The notes beneath the pieces are model-generated. The model worked only from the letters and a program-made list of their open reading frames with translations. It had not been told where the DNA came from and did not search any database. A stretch of DNA of 64,000 nucleotides from Antechinus flavipes. Taxonomy: Eukaryota. Both the position numbers and the translations under genes were made by a program. Each line of letters begins with the position of its first letter. The stretch's first letter is position 1. Positions 39,561 to 51,884 of the stretch are shown here, one piece after another. Where the stretch lies: the NCBI RefSeq assembly GCF_016432865.1, contig NC_067401.1, forward strand, positions 359,786,001 through 359,850,000, given 5' to 3'.

Positions 39561-42010
39561 CTACTAAAGATCCCATTTTAAAAGTTTAGTAAAGTTTAAA
39601 GTAAATGAAAGTCAGAGCAGTCTGACAGATTACGTAAGAATCTGAATGTTGTATTGGTTCTAGCTAGTGTTGATAAATGCCATGCAGTATCATAGTATCT
39701 AGCTCTGAACTCTCTTGATGGGTGTCTTGTAAAATCCAGCAGATTATTCTGTTGGTTACTGATGAACAACTAAGAGAATATACGGGGAGACTTACTCTTT
39801 TTTGATCAAGAATCAGACCTACAGAACAAAATGTGGTTTTCTGTTGTTGGAAGAACAGAATCCATGGTGAGTTGGTTAGCATGTTGTTGTGGCTATTTTT
39901 CTGTGAAATTGAAACTGATTTTTAGAGAATGCTTTTTCTTTCTCAGTAACTTGTTTAAGCTTGTCAATAATTAACTTCCTTGTGAAACAACTCTTTAATG
40001 TAAGAAGTTGTTTGTTAGCCAAAAGTTTGTTGCATTGTTTAAAATTTAAAACCTAGACGAAATCTGTAGTGGTATTTTTGGTATGTTTTTATATAAGAAA
40101 ATCCCATTGCTTTTACATATAGTGCTATAAAAATTGGTTTTAATTAATGACCTTTAGGATATTGTTTATATGAAACTAAGCACAAATACCCATATCTTTT
40201 TACTTGGTTAGATCACTCCCCAAAGATATATTTTCTATTGTTTTAATACATGAAAATAAAATTATACTTTATAAGGTACTTAGACAATCTCATTAATTTC
40301 TTGAAATATTTAGTTTGTAGGCTTGAGGAAAATTTCTGATGATTTAAAAGGTATATTGAAATTTATTTTAAATCACTGTTTAGGTAGCTTGAGAGGTAAA
40401 ATAAGAATTTTTTTACTGGGAAACAAAGTACTTCTGATTGTATGGAAAGGAATGGACCTTCTTCCCTTTACTATTTTGCAGTACTTGTCATAAAGATACA
40501 TTAAAGATGTTCACATATTTGAAATCAGGAAATGCTAAAATTCCTTAAAAAGATGAAAACTAAAAGATAGTGTATCCCTAGAATTATATCTTATAGAAAT
40601 ACAAATAACTCCCTTCCAGTGAGTTTTCTAAAATAACAAGAAAGTACTTTTTTGAAAAAAAAGTTGCATCTGGTTAAATTTTTTTTTTTTACTCCTAGTG
40701 TATTTTATTTTTGTTTCCAGGTTGGTCTTTAAGATCACTTTTTAAAATAAGCAATTGCAAAATTGTTCGTTACCTAAATAGATAGGTATCTTATTTAAGT
40801 TACAAGCAACCTTATGTGTCATTTAATCAACCTTTACCTCCTCTCCTCCCCTTTTATTAATGAGGAAACTGAAACAGAGAGGTTAGGTAATTCAACTAAA
40901 GTGGCCCAACTAGTTATTGGTAAACAAACTGCAAAGGACGAACTCTGGGCTACTACAGCTCTAGTACAGTCAGTACTTTTTCCAGGACAATGAACTATTA
41001 TTATTGACATGTTGTTTATGGCAGAGCAAGAGACAAGCCCCTAGGTAGCTGAAAATTAGATTTATATTAGAAATTAACATCAAGGAGAAACCTACATAAT
41101 CAAAAATAAAGCGTATCTTTACTTTAGAATTAAACTAGCTTTTTTATAAAGATAGAAATACAGTAGCAGGAGTTTTTATGAGAAGAAAAAGCTAAAATTT
41201 GTTTCTAAAATTCTTATAGCTAGAAGTTAAGGAGTGTCACTTTGTAAATGCACAAAATTACACTCTTAAATTAATAGAATATCAAGCCTTCCTCTTGTTT
41301 GGCTCATGGAAAACAAAGAGCATGCTGTAACTGTGCCTAACTTACATTTATACTAGACATTTTGGCATCACTTATATGATCTGAATTAGAAAGCTTAGTC
41401 CTTGAAATTTTTTAAATAGTGTGAGAAATCAAAGATAATTTTATGAATTATGCTAATGAAAGAGTTAAACAATAAGGATGAAAATAAATGAATCCACACC
41501 TGGTTCATTTTAAGTATTCTTGAGCACATAGGTCATTTCAGCTCATCCATTGTTTCAAGACCTCTAAATCTAGACTGCTAACTGTGTTGCCATACATGAA
41601 TACAATAGGGTTGAGTTAATACTGTTTAGGCAGATGTTTCTTTCCTCAGGGGTTTTTTTTTTGTTGTTGTTGGGTTTTTTTTTTTTTTTTAAATGTGTGT
41701 TAAAAGTCTGATGTTTTTAAGCTGTTAGTCATATCCCACTCCCACACTCACTCATTAAATGCTACTGGCATGTTCACAGTGTGGGTTGCTATATTCATTC
41801 TCACTTGCTTGGTACCTTAAGACAGACAACTAATCAAGACAGGAATACTGAAAAAAAAGAAAGCCTCTTTTCTTGCTGGCATTTTCTTTGTGGTGTTTCC
41901 TCACCAGAGCATTAAAACAGGTAAGTCATTTATAAGATGTTAGTGCTTCTCTTCCAATTTCAGGAAAAGTAAATGAGAGCACAACTTACTGATTAAGTTT
42001 TGTTTTAGGG

Positions 42011-42030
42011 TGTGTGTGTGTGTGTGTGTG
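42011..42030 (+). repeat. (TG)10 microsatellite
   Basis: Direct reading. Confidence 0.95.
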
Positions 42031-43249
42031 TATTATGCGTGTGCATTAATCTGATTTTCATCTGCTTTTCTTGCCTTCCCACTTTGAAGCATATACTTGC
42101 AAGCTAAGCAGGTCCTGCTACTTTCTTTTACTTTATTTTAGAAATAATGTAGATAGTGTTCATCAAAAAGGAAAACTCTCAATCAATTCAGATAACAATG
42201 AAGTTAGAGTATCTGGTTAGTCACCCAGATTTTGGCTTAAATATGCACACTTACAAATATAGTTATTTGTTAGAGTTGTTAAAAGTAAAGAAGAATTGCT
42301 TAGGAAGTATTGGGTTTATTCTCTGTAGTGTTCTTCAAGCAAAAGCTGAGTGATTAAATGCCAGGTATGGATGTTGTAACAATTTTTATGTAAGTATAGG
42401 TTGGATTAGATCTCTGAAATTTCTTTTCACTCTAAACTCCTACTTTATGAATTCTGATGTACCTTCGTGGTAACTTGGAAGTCTGGATTATTCATCTATA
42501 TAGTTAGGGAAAGAATGGTTGAAGAAGCATTTACCTCACAAGACTCTTGAAAGCAGTTGAAAACTTCATTAATGTTAATAAATTAACCATAATTAACCAT
42601 ATTAATATCAGTTTTTATTGTTATTGCCAATACTTACTTGGTAAATTCTTTTGAAGAAAAATGTGGTGGTAACAATCATTTTGAAAGTATTATTTTTTGT
42701 TAAGATACTCTTAACTTGTTCTCAGTCAGACAATCCAAAATGATGCACTTTAAAATGTGCAACTTATTCCTATAACATATAATTAATTAAAAATAAGATT
42801 GAGTGGATATGGTGAACAAATTTAGCTAAAGGTCTTTGACCAGACATCTTTGAAATTTGACATTTAACCATTTCACTTTTTAAAAACTTGGGCATATGTT
42901 GTCATATTTTATTGTCTTGATGCCATCACATGATTTCAACCCATAGTCCCAAAAACTACATCAGTAGAACATATACATTCATAGGTCCCATCTTGCTTTG
43001 TTAATCAACCCAGTAAAGGAACTCTTTTTTGGTATCCATGGAACAACCAACCTGATATTAAATTTGGAAAGGCTCATTATTAAAGGTTAGTTACAGAATA
43101 ATGATTTTTTTTTAATGTAGAAATTATTGGAAGGCAACACAGATGAATTAGAAGGATATATAATCTGTCACTGAAGGGAGTTCTCATCATTATTACCTCT
43201 TTTGGAATGCTAATTTTTTTTTTTAATATTTTTTCCAATTGCATGGGAT

Positions 43250-43850
43250 TTTTTTTTAACAATAGCTTTTTTTGTTTTCAAAATACATGCAAAGATGTTA
43301 CTGGTCTTTAAGTATTTTGTTCTTAAGTATTCTGATAGCAAGTTGTTAGAGCACAGATAATTTTATGTTGAAATAAAGTTAATGTAAAATCTCATAACAT
43401 TCACCCTTGTAAAATCTTGTGTTTCAAATTTTTCTCCCTCCTTTTCCCCCCACCTCTTATAGACAACAAACAATCCAATATATGTCAAACAATTTACATT
43501 TTTTTTTAAAACTTCTGGCTCATGGGAAGTTCTAGAAAAATCTAGAGTTCTAGATTCTCTTCCTCCCGATTGAGAAGATACATTTCCATAAAAGTCATGG
43601 ATTGGATCTAAAAAATCCCTCCCTCCTCCCTCCAAAAAATACCCCTTAGAAAAAATAAAGTTTAGGGAAAAAGTATGCTTCAGTCTGCATTCAGACACAC
43701 AATCAGTTCTTTCTCTAGTATTAATAGCATTTTTTGATCATAAGTCCTTCAGAATAGTCTTGGATCATTGTATTGATGCGAATAGCAAAATCATTCACAG
43801 CTCATCAACGCATCAACATTGCTATTACTTTGTATGTGGTACATTTAATT
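43250..43850 (-). mobile_element. Composite L1 3'UTR fragments, interrupted by a locally templated insertion at 43297-43396
   Basis: aatagcttttt...caaaatacatgcaaagat and acattcacccttgtaaaatcttg are adjacent pieces of an L1 3' end; a second older L1 3'UTR at about 43500-43850 resembles 58230-58630. Confidence 0.8.
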
Positions 43851-43869
43851 TTGAGAGAGAGCGAGAGAA

Positions 43870-44015
43870 AATATACTACAATGTCATTTGATTGCTTTGC
43901 AACCTTATGTATCTTAGACATTTAAAAACATTATTCTGAAAACAAGTTCATAAGTTTTACCAGATTGCCAAAAGGGGGAGGATCCATGATAAATAAAAGG
44001 TTAAGAATTTCTGAT
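43870..44015. mobile_element. hAT-MITE-like cassette
   Basis: Ends in aaaggttaagaatttctg (TIR-like); internal catttaaaaacattattctgaaaa shared with about 9060-9090. Confidence 0.45.
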
Positions 44016-45219
44016 CTAGACGGTAACTAAAGAGTAGAATCTGAGTGTTTTGTCTTTTCAAATTGACTTGAGGAAGAACTTTGATTATTTTAATTTAATC
44101 GTTTAAAATATTTGGGCTATCAGTTTACTAAACTAGAATATTTTTCATTAAGAGGTCCTCTTTTAGTAATTCAAAGTGACTGGTTCTTAAGTATTTCTGA
44201 TAGCAAATTGTTAGAGCACAGATAATATTATCTTGGGATAAAATTAAATGTAAAATCTCATACATTAAAAGGGAAGTTACTATCTGTTGAGGAGATCAAG
44301 AAAGGAAGCTTATTTTTACATTTAAATCTCATTTACAAGTGGCGCCATTTATAAATGGAACCAAAAAAGTCATTGATATCCATATATTAGACATGATGGT
44401 ACATTCAACAATTAAAGTTTTTCTGATAATTCAGGTTATGTTAAAAATGTTATAGGCATTAAGGAATGTTATTTATATGCCATCTTTGTTTTTTAAAAAG
44501 CCCAATGGGGCCATGAATAATTCTTCATTTGTTTTTTTTTCTCCCTCATTGTACTTTCTACATTACTATGTGTGAAATACTTGCTGTCTTACAATTTTTT
44601 TACAATAATATAATAATAGCAAATATAATAAATGCAATAAAGAAATATAATATAAATTACAGTATAATAAATATAATACAATAAAAAATTTTACAATAAT
44701 CTTTTACAAAGATTATTTCATTTGAGTTTCACAACAATCTTTGGAGGCAGGTGCTGTTAATTATTCCAATTTTATAGTTGAAAAAACTGAGGCAAGATCA
44801 CATATAGTTAGTAAGCAGAAGCTGGATTTGAGTTAGCCTTCCTGAATTTAGGCCCTTTTTTTTTCCACCCACTGTACCACCTAGCTATTGTTAATTATTT
44901 TTAATTACCAACTTATAATATTTTTTAAAATCCCTTCAAAAAACTTCTTTCAAATTAAATTTATTAAACTTGACGATATTAAATCTTGTTAATGTCCTGG
45001 AATGCTTAGATAAAAATGATGTTTTGTGTTTTTTTTTTTTTTTTTTTTTTTACCAGATTTGCTTTCGAAATCTGGTCTTAGGCATCTGTATAACCCAAGG
45101 CAAGTCCGATTAATCTCTGTTTGCCTTGATGTAAATATGGGGATGATAATAGTGCCTTTCTCAAAGTATGTTTTAAGGATCAAATGAGAAAATAATTATA
45201 AATGCCTAGATTATAACAA

Positions 45220-46570
45220 CAGCTTTCTGCTTGGCCTTTTTGTCTTGGGTCTCTTCCTATTTCAGTTCATCTTTCCCATTGCTTTTCCTAAAGCTTGGCA
45301 CTCACCTTGTCAATACTCATTCATTCAGTGCCAGTGACTTTTTAGCTCCAAGATCAAATATAAAATTTGATATTCAAAGCCCTTCATTACTTGGATCCTT
45401 CAAAATAGACAGTCTTCCTAGATCTTACTTCTCTCCTCCCCAAGACAGTGAATTTACAGTCTTGTCAGGAGCATATGCCAGGTCTTTACTAATTCTGAGA
45501 TTCTATAAATAAGCTTTCAAAGAGCTCACAAAACAATAGATGAGATAGCATTACAAATGAGAGAGGGTATTCCCAGTACTGGCATTTGTGTACTCTCTTC
45601 TTAGCATCTCTCTTCTGACACTGCTAATATACTAATATTGGACCTTATCATCTCACACCTGGATTATTCATAGCATGCTAACTGTTCTTAATGATTCGTT
45701 TCTCCCCCACTCAATCTCCAGTGGGCTGTCAAACTCATCTTGCTAAGAGATAAGTGTAATCATATCACTGCCCCTCCAATTTATGAAACTCCAGTGGTTT
45801 TCAGTCACCTCTGGTATCAATATAAAGTCCTTAGTTTGGCAGCCAAGCCTTTCATAAAATATTGTTTCTGCTTCTGTCCAAATTTCCATTATATGTACTT
45901 TTTGATTTAAACAAGTTCTCAGGATTAAATTTGATGTCATGTAACATATATTTCATATATTTTATACATCTTGGAGTATTTAAATTTTTTCTGTGACATC
46001 TGCTGGACTTCACGTCTCCTGTGGCTTCTGCAAAAACTCCCCACAAATTCCTATTTAATTTCTTATGTTGATTTACATCATATTGAAATTGAAATTGTGG
46101 AAGTGATAATACTAATTCACTTGGAGATCTCATCACTTCTTAAGACTTCAAATGATCATTTCTCTGCTGCTGAGGACACTTAGACCTACTTATTCATCTA
46201 TCTTCTCCCAATCTTCAGCCTCACACTCCAAAAACCTGTCAGACACCTCAAACTGAATGTTTTATAGAAATTTATCATGTCTAAAAGTCTTTTATTTCTC
46301 TTCAAACTCTTAAAGGTGGTGCTTGAGCTGCATCTTGAACAAAATAGAGAATTCTCTAATGTAGAAGTAAGGAGAAATAATAAATATTTATTGACTGATT
46401 GAGGAGGGAGTCCATTCCAGGCATGAGGAGCAGCTTTGTGTAAAGCTGCTGAGATAGGAAATTGATTGTTCTTTTTGAGTAAAACAGAGAAGACTTCCTT
46501 CATTTCCCTGTAGAGAGTAAAATGCTGAAGGAAAGGATCAGCTAGATTTGTTGTGAAGGATTTTAAAAAT
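45220..46570. mobile_element. L2 LINE fragments (CT-rich sense piece to about 46310, then an inverted GA-rich piece)
   Basis: atcatctcacacctggattatt...catatcactgcccctcc...gaaactccagtgg resembles recalled L2 consensus; tail-like taataaatatttattgactgatt near 46380. Confidence 0.65.
45448..45510 (+). repeat. 63-bp direct duplication, copy 1 (copy 2 at 47453-47517)
   Basis: gtgaatttacagtcttgtcaggagcatatgccaggtctttactaattctgagattctataaat; 1 substitution and a 2-nt indel between copies. Confidence 0.95.
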
Positions 46571-47086
46571 GAGAAATTTGTGTTTTAGGCTTTACTAGCT
46601 TAAACTGCATTAAGATTTTGAAATAAATACTCCACACTTTTTCTTAGAACCCCTAAGGAACCAGTGGAACTTATTAAATAGGAGAGTGTTATTGTCAGAT
46701 TTGTGCTTAAGTAAAATAAAATTTATAACTATTAAGAGGTGGTATGATCAGAAAAAGAAACAAGTCATGTAAGAGGAAGTTATGATTGATAGGTAGTCCA
46801 TCGGTAACCACGAAATATTAAAAGACTAAAGAAGTTTTATAGGCAAAATGTCTGTGAAGGGTTTATGCAAGTGTATGAACAAGAATTGTTTATGATGAAA
46901 ATATATGGATGCCATTCTAACCTGTCAAACATGTATCATGCAAAATAAGAACGTTCTCCTTAGTACTGGATAATCAATTTATGGTTTTTAAATCAGTTAA
47001 GAGAAAAGAAGTAGAAGAGAGAGAGAGATTTTAAAGGTTTAATCCTTTAATATAGTTTTAAAATATAGAGATTTTGGTTTACCAAA

Positions 47087-47160
47087 AGACACTTAACACT
47101 TCCTAGCTGTGTGACCCTGGATAAGTCACTTAATCCCAGTTGCCTCAACAACAACAAAAT
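47087..47160 (+). mobile_element. WSINE1-like SINE, 3' half only
   Basis: agacacttaacacttcctagctgtgtgaccctgg...gttgcctcaacaacaac. Confidence 0.85.
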
Positions 47161-48388
47161 ACACACATACACACACATAATAATTTAATACAAATTTAAT
47201 CCTGAGAACTTATTTAAATCAAAAAGTACATATAATAGAAATTTGGAAATTGTCCTTTGTAGTTATCTTTAAATTCAGAAATCAGCTGAGAAGTTTGAAA
47301 GGTTTAATTCATCTCTAATTACTTATTCCTTTGCAAGCACTTAATAAATTAAGTGATTTATTGCTTCATTAGGTCCGTGGTCTCATTAAATCTTTTATAA
47401 GCGGAGAAAAATGAAGGAAAACTAAAGGTGAAAAAATCTTGTTCTTGTCCTTGTGAATTTACTGTCTTGTCAGGAGCATATGCCAGGTCTTTACTAATTC
47501 TGAGATATTCTATAAATGTACATTGACAACTATAACTGAAAATGAGACACATGCATAAAATATGTACAAAGTACTGTTTTCTAGCTCTTGGAGGAAAGGG
47601 AAGAAAATCCCCCAGCTTCATTTAACTATAGTTCTTGAGAACTAGAACTACTCATTAGATAATTGCTCTGGTTAAATCTGAAGTGTTAGGAATCACTTTG
47701 CCAAGTTCAATGGTATGAATAAATTCATTTTTCAGTAATATTAATCTAAATCACAAGTGATTTAGTCACAAAATATCAGTACTATATTTAAATTACACCA
47801 TCAGAAATGAAGCTATTAGACATTTACAGTTACTGAAAATAAATGAATATTCTATTTTTATTTAATTTCAATTCATTAATTGCAGATTCTTAACTGATGA
47901 ATAAGAAAACAGTCTTAATTTTAGCATGTTCTATGATAATATAGAAAGATTTGTTCTAGAATATTTCTCCTTTTATTCAGTATAACATTTTATTATTTAT
48001 ATTTTGATTGAAAAAAATTTTTGTAAGAATTTTGTAGCACTACCTTTCAGGTAATTGTAATATGTCTAAGGAGAATCCCACAACCAAAGCAGGATTTACC
48101 CTTCATTCTCTTGACAGATATTTATTGAGTACTTATGTGCCACAGCCCATGTATATTTATACCTGCAATATGTAGAATAGATGTTTATCATTTGTAATTC
48201 AGAAGAAATGGGTTTTTATTAATATGGAAGTTTTTAATTAGCATTTATATAACACTAATCACCTAGTGACTAATGTCCAAAGAATATCTAGGAGCTGTAG
48301 AAAGATTGTGATATGTTTCAGTGGAGAGAGAACCCACATTAACAGAAGCACAGACCTTTGAAATATTGAATTGTATGTGTATACATAC

Positions 48389-48390
<2 letters not shown>

Positions 48391-48434
<44 letters not shown>
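48391..48434 (+). repeat. (GT)22 microsatellite
   Basis: Direct reading. Confidence 0.97.
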
Positions 48435-48437
<3 letters not shown>

Positions 48438-48441
48438 CATC

Positions 48442-48640
48442 AAGGTGACCCAATGGATAGAGTGTCAGAGCCTGGTCAGACATTGTGACACTGGGCAAAT
48501 CACTTAATCCAGTTTGCTTCAGTTCCTCATCTGTAAAATCAGCTGGAGAAAGATGGTAAACCAGTCCAATATCTTTCCAAGAAAATCCCAAACAGGGTCA
48601 TGATGATCTGACTCAAACGATTGAACAACAACAACAAAAA
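48442..48640 (+). mobile_element. Mar1-like CORE-SINE
   Basis: ctgggcaaatcacttaatcc...ttcctcatctgtaaaat core plus gagaaagatggtaaacc...aacaacaacaa RTE-type tail. Confidence 0.75.
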
Positions 48641-50023
48641 TTTAGCATCATTTTATTCTGTCATAAGATTAATGATTTAGATATAGAAAGAATCTTTTAA
48701 GCTATCTAGTCCAAAACACTTATTTTACAAATAAGAAATGGGCTCAGTAAGTCCATTTAGTCATTTTGACTTTAGAAATATGCATATTTATGTCTGACTA
48801 ACTTTCTGGATAGGTGTAAAGTTGTCTTTGTTTTCCCTGTTAGCTGCACAAAATCAATGGAAAACAGAAACTGCAAACTAGATTACTGCATCAGTGATTT
48901 TAATAAATAATGTGCAACTATTTCTATGAAAATGGAATTTTACACATCATGTAAAAGTAACAATAATCAGAAGAACATATGAGTTTCCCTGTAGTACTTC
49001 ATTGTTTGTGCATAGGACAACTGAATTTTAGTAAGTTTGTTCTAGTAAATGTTTTAACAACTAGCTTTGTGGATGTGCAAAGGTTATACTTTAAGTTGAA
49101 TCTGCAATATTTACATTTTCTTAATCATTCTTAGTCTGAATCATCAAGAAAAATATAAATCAAAACCTAATTTGTAGTTTTCTGATTTTCAACTTGTAAA
49201 TAAATGCTTGCACTGATGGTATAGCAATTTATTCTTCCTAAACTTTATAAGCTGATTTAGGTTTTGCGCTCTGTATATTTGCATCTGGGTTCTAACTGTA
49301 TCCTGTGTTTCAGGGGATATAATTACTTTCTTACTAAATTCTAGGTTCTTTTTTCTTGTTCTTGGTTGATAGAAAACAAAAGGCTTATGTTTCGTGGTGA
49401 AACATATTATAATTTGTATAGGTATATAAAGTACATAATAGTTTTTTTATTGTTATTGTTATTTGTTGTTATAAATTGATTTACATGCCTATACAAAGTA
49501 CATAATGGGGATGTTTTTAGAGAGTAAAGGAGGACTTTAGCAATTGGCAGGAGATTAGGATAAACCCAAACAATAGTAATACAGGAATGAAAGTGAGAGT
49601 ATTTTGATATTACAGTGGAAAAAATGTAGATACCTCATAATGTTTCCAAATGTCTTCCTGTAATAACTTTTATTTTTTCCAACTTATTTTTAGTACTATA
49701 CAGTTTACAAAGCATTTTGCTCACAGTAATCCTTGGGATTACATAGTAGTAGAAATGTTGTCTTAATTTTACTACTGAAAGAACTGAAGTTTTTAGATCC
49801 ATAAATAGGTCATTGAACATTTTGTAGCATTTGAAAAATTGTTGACATATTACTAATTGACCCATATTTAAAGTGGGTCACTCACTTTTAAAATGTTAGA
49901 AAGAAACATTTTTGTCTTGTATGTTTTTGGCTTTGCAGAAGATAGAGTTCAATAAGATTTTTATTTCAAATCTGCTTCTAAAGACATATATTTAAATATG
50001 GTATATATTCTCTCTTTCCATAG

Positions 50024-50089
50024 GGTGCAGGTCAAGATAAACTTGGAATTTATGTGAAGTCTGTTGTAAAAGGAGGTGCTGCAGATGTG
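50024..50089 (+). CDS. AFDN: AFDN exon, 66 nt, GAGQDKLGIYVKSVVKGGAADV, PDZ
   Basis: ccatag acceptor, donor gttagt at 50090; phase 0 to 0. Confidence 0.98.
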
Positions 50090-50266
50090 GTTAGTAAAAT
50101 TTTTAAATTAGAAAATTTCTAGAATGTCAGAAGTTTTACTAATTAAAAACAAGTTGTTTGGAACTATATCAATTGTAATTGCCATTTTAGTAGTTGATTA
50201 AAACATTAAATAAGATCATCTTTTTTCTTTCCTTCTTTTCCTGGCTTTTCTATAACTTGTAAATAG

Positions 50267-50340
50267 GATGGACGTTTAGCTGCAGGTGATCAACTTCTTA
50301 GTGTGGATGGGCGGAGTTTAGTAGGACTATCTCAAGAAAG
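50267..50340 (+). CDS. AFDN: AFDN exon, 74 nt, DGRLAAGDQLLSVDGRSLVGLSQE(R), PDZ
   Basis: aaatag acceptor, donor gtatta at 50341; phase 0 to 2. Confidence 0.98.
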
Positions 50341-50587
50341 GTATTATTTATTTTTGTTTATTAAAATAATAATAAGTAGAATTCAACATTTAACTTTTGC
50401 ATTGGACATGAAACCATTCTTGAAGGTATTCTGTATAGTATTCTATATCCTTAATTTAGTATTTCTAGTCATTTGGGAAAAGTAGAAGACGTATCTATTT
50501 TGTAGTTCTGTTATTTATTGGGCATGTTTTTGAGATATTGATGAATAAAAAGAAATAAGATCTTTTGTTTCCATTATTTTCATTCAG

Positions 50588-50706
50588 GGCAGCAGAGCTC
50601 ATGACAAGAACAGGTTCTGTAGTGACATTAGAAGTTGCAAAACAAGGAGCAATTTACCACGGCTTGGCTACTCTGCTCAACCAGCCTTCTCCCATGATGC
50701 AAAGAG
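50588..50706 (+). CDS. AFDN: AFDN exon, 119 nt, AAELMTRTGSVVTLEVAKQGAIYHGLATLLNQPSPMMQR, PDZ C-terminal part
   Basis: ttcag acceptor, donor gtaaga at 50707; phase 2 to 1. Confidence 0.98.
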
Positions 50707-51884
50707 GTAAGAATTACTCATGGAAAATGGAATGTGTCTTCCATTATATGTGGTATTTCCTTAGAGTAAGTATACATGGTTTTTAAAACAAAAGAATTAG
50801 GTTTCTATCCAATGGTCTGTTATATCATTTTATCTAATCAAACTGAATTACTTGCTATGCCTTATGCATGCCTGTACTTTTCCTGAGTCTATGTTTCTTA
50901 GACATTTATTCTTGGAATGCTTTATTTCCCTACCCCAGTTGAGATCTTAACCATCTTTAAATGTTTCCTGAAGTACCACCTCTTCTGCAAAGATTTCCCT
51001 AGTCCTCAGGTTTATAATATTCTCTTGCTGTTTTGACCTTTGCCATTTTATCATGTATGTAATAATTCCTGGATAGAAAATATCCAGCACAGAACCCAAA
51101 TGGAATTAATTAATTAGTTAATTAAGGAATTTAATTAATAAATTAAAGGAATGCCTTTAAGATGCTGAGCTCTTCCAGATGCTCATGTTGTACGTAATAC
51201 ATGTCATTAAGCTTCTAAACATTATATAAAGCGCCTTAGAAATTCACAGCTATTCAAGTCTACACAGAAAAAGCAAAGTAGATGAATATTTATATTGTTG
51301 TATGCATTTGGAAGACAATTTATAGAGCTAGACAATCTTTGTGTAAGTATACACATGTGTGTACACATACATTGGACAGATACTATAGGTGAATTAGTTG
51401 GGTCCAAAATTAAATAAAAGAAAGAAGGCGAACAATGAACTTTTTATACAGCAGTTTCAGTGACCCTTCAATTTGCTTCCTGAAACAAAATCCATTTTCT
51501 TAATTTTTTCTTTCCCTTTTGTTTTTTGATGCATGTTTCCTAATATATCCATCCACCTACATTCTCCTATACTATAATCTTTTATAGCAAAGACTAAAAA
51601 TGGAGGAAAAAACAATTTAACAAAACTATTACAACATATCAATCATCTGATGATGCATTCATCATGTTCTGAACCTCTGCAAAGATTCAGGGTGGAAACG
51701 CTTTCTCATATCCTTCCTTTGGAAACGAGCTTAGTCATTATAATTTGACAGTATCCAGTTTTAATTATATTTTTCTCGTTTTTCTTGTTTTTCCTTCCTT
51801 ATTAGTCTATGAGGAATCAAAGATTACAGTGGCACAAATAGCAAGAGAGAACTACATATTATCACTGTTGACTTAATGTTAGAT

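Noticed and set aside
44590-44700. A/T-only degenerate repeat as a structured element
   Set aside because: It is a low-complexity decayed (AAT)n-like tract next to a MIR fragment.
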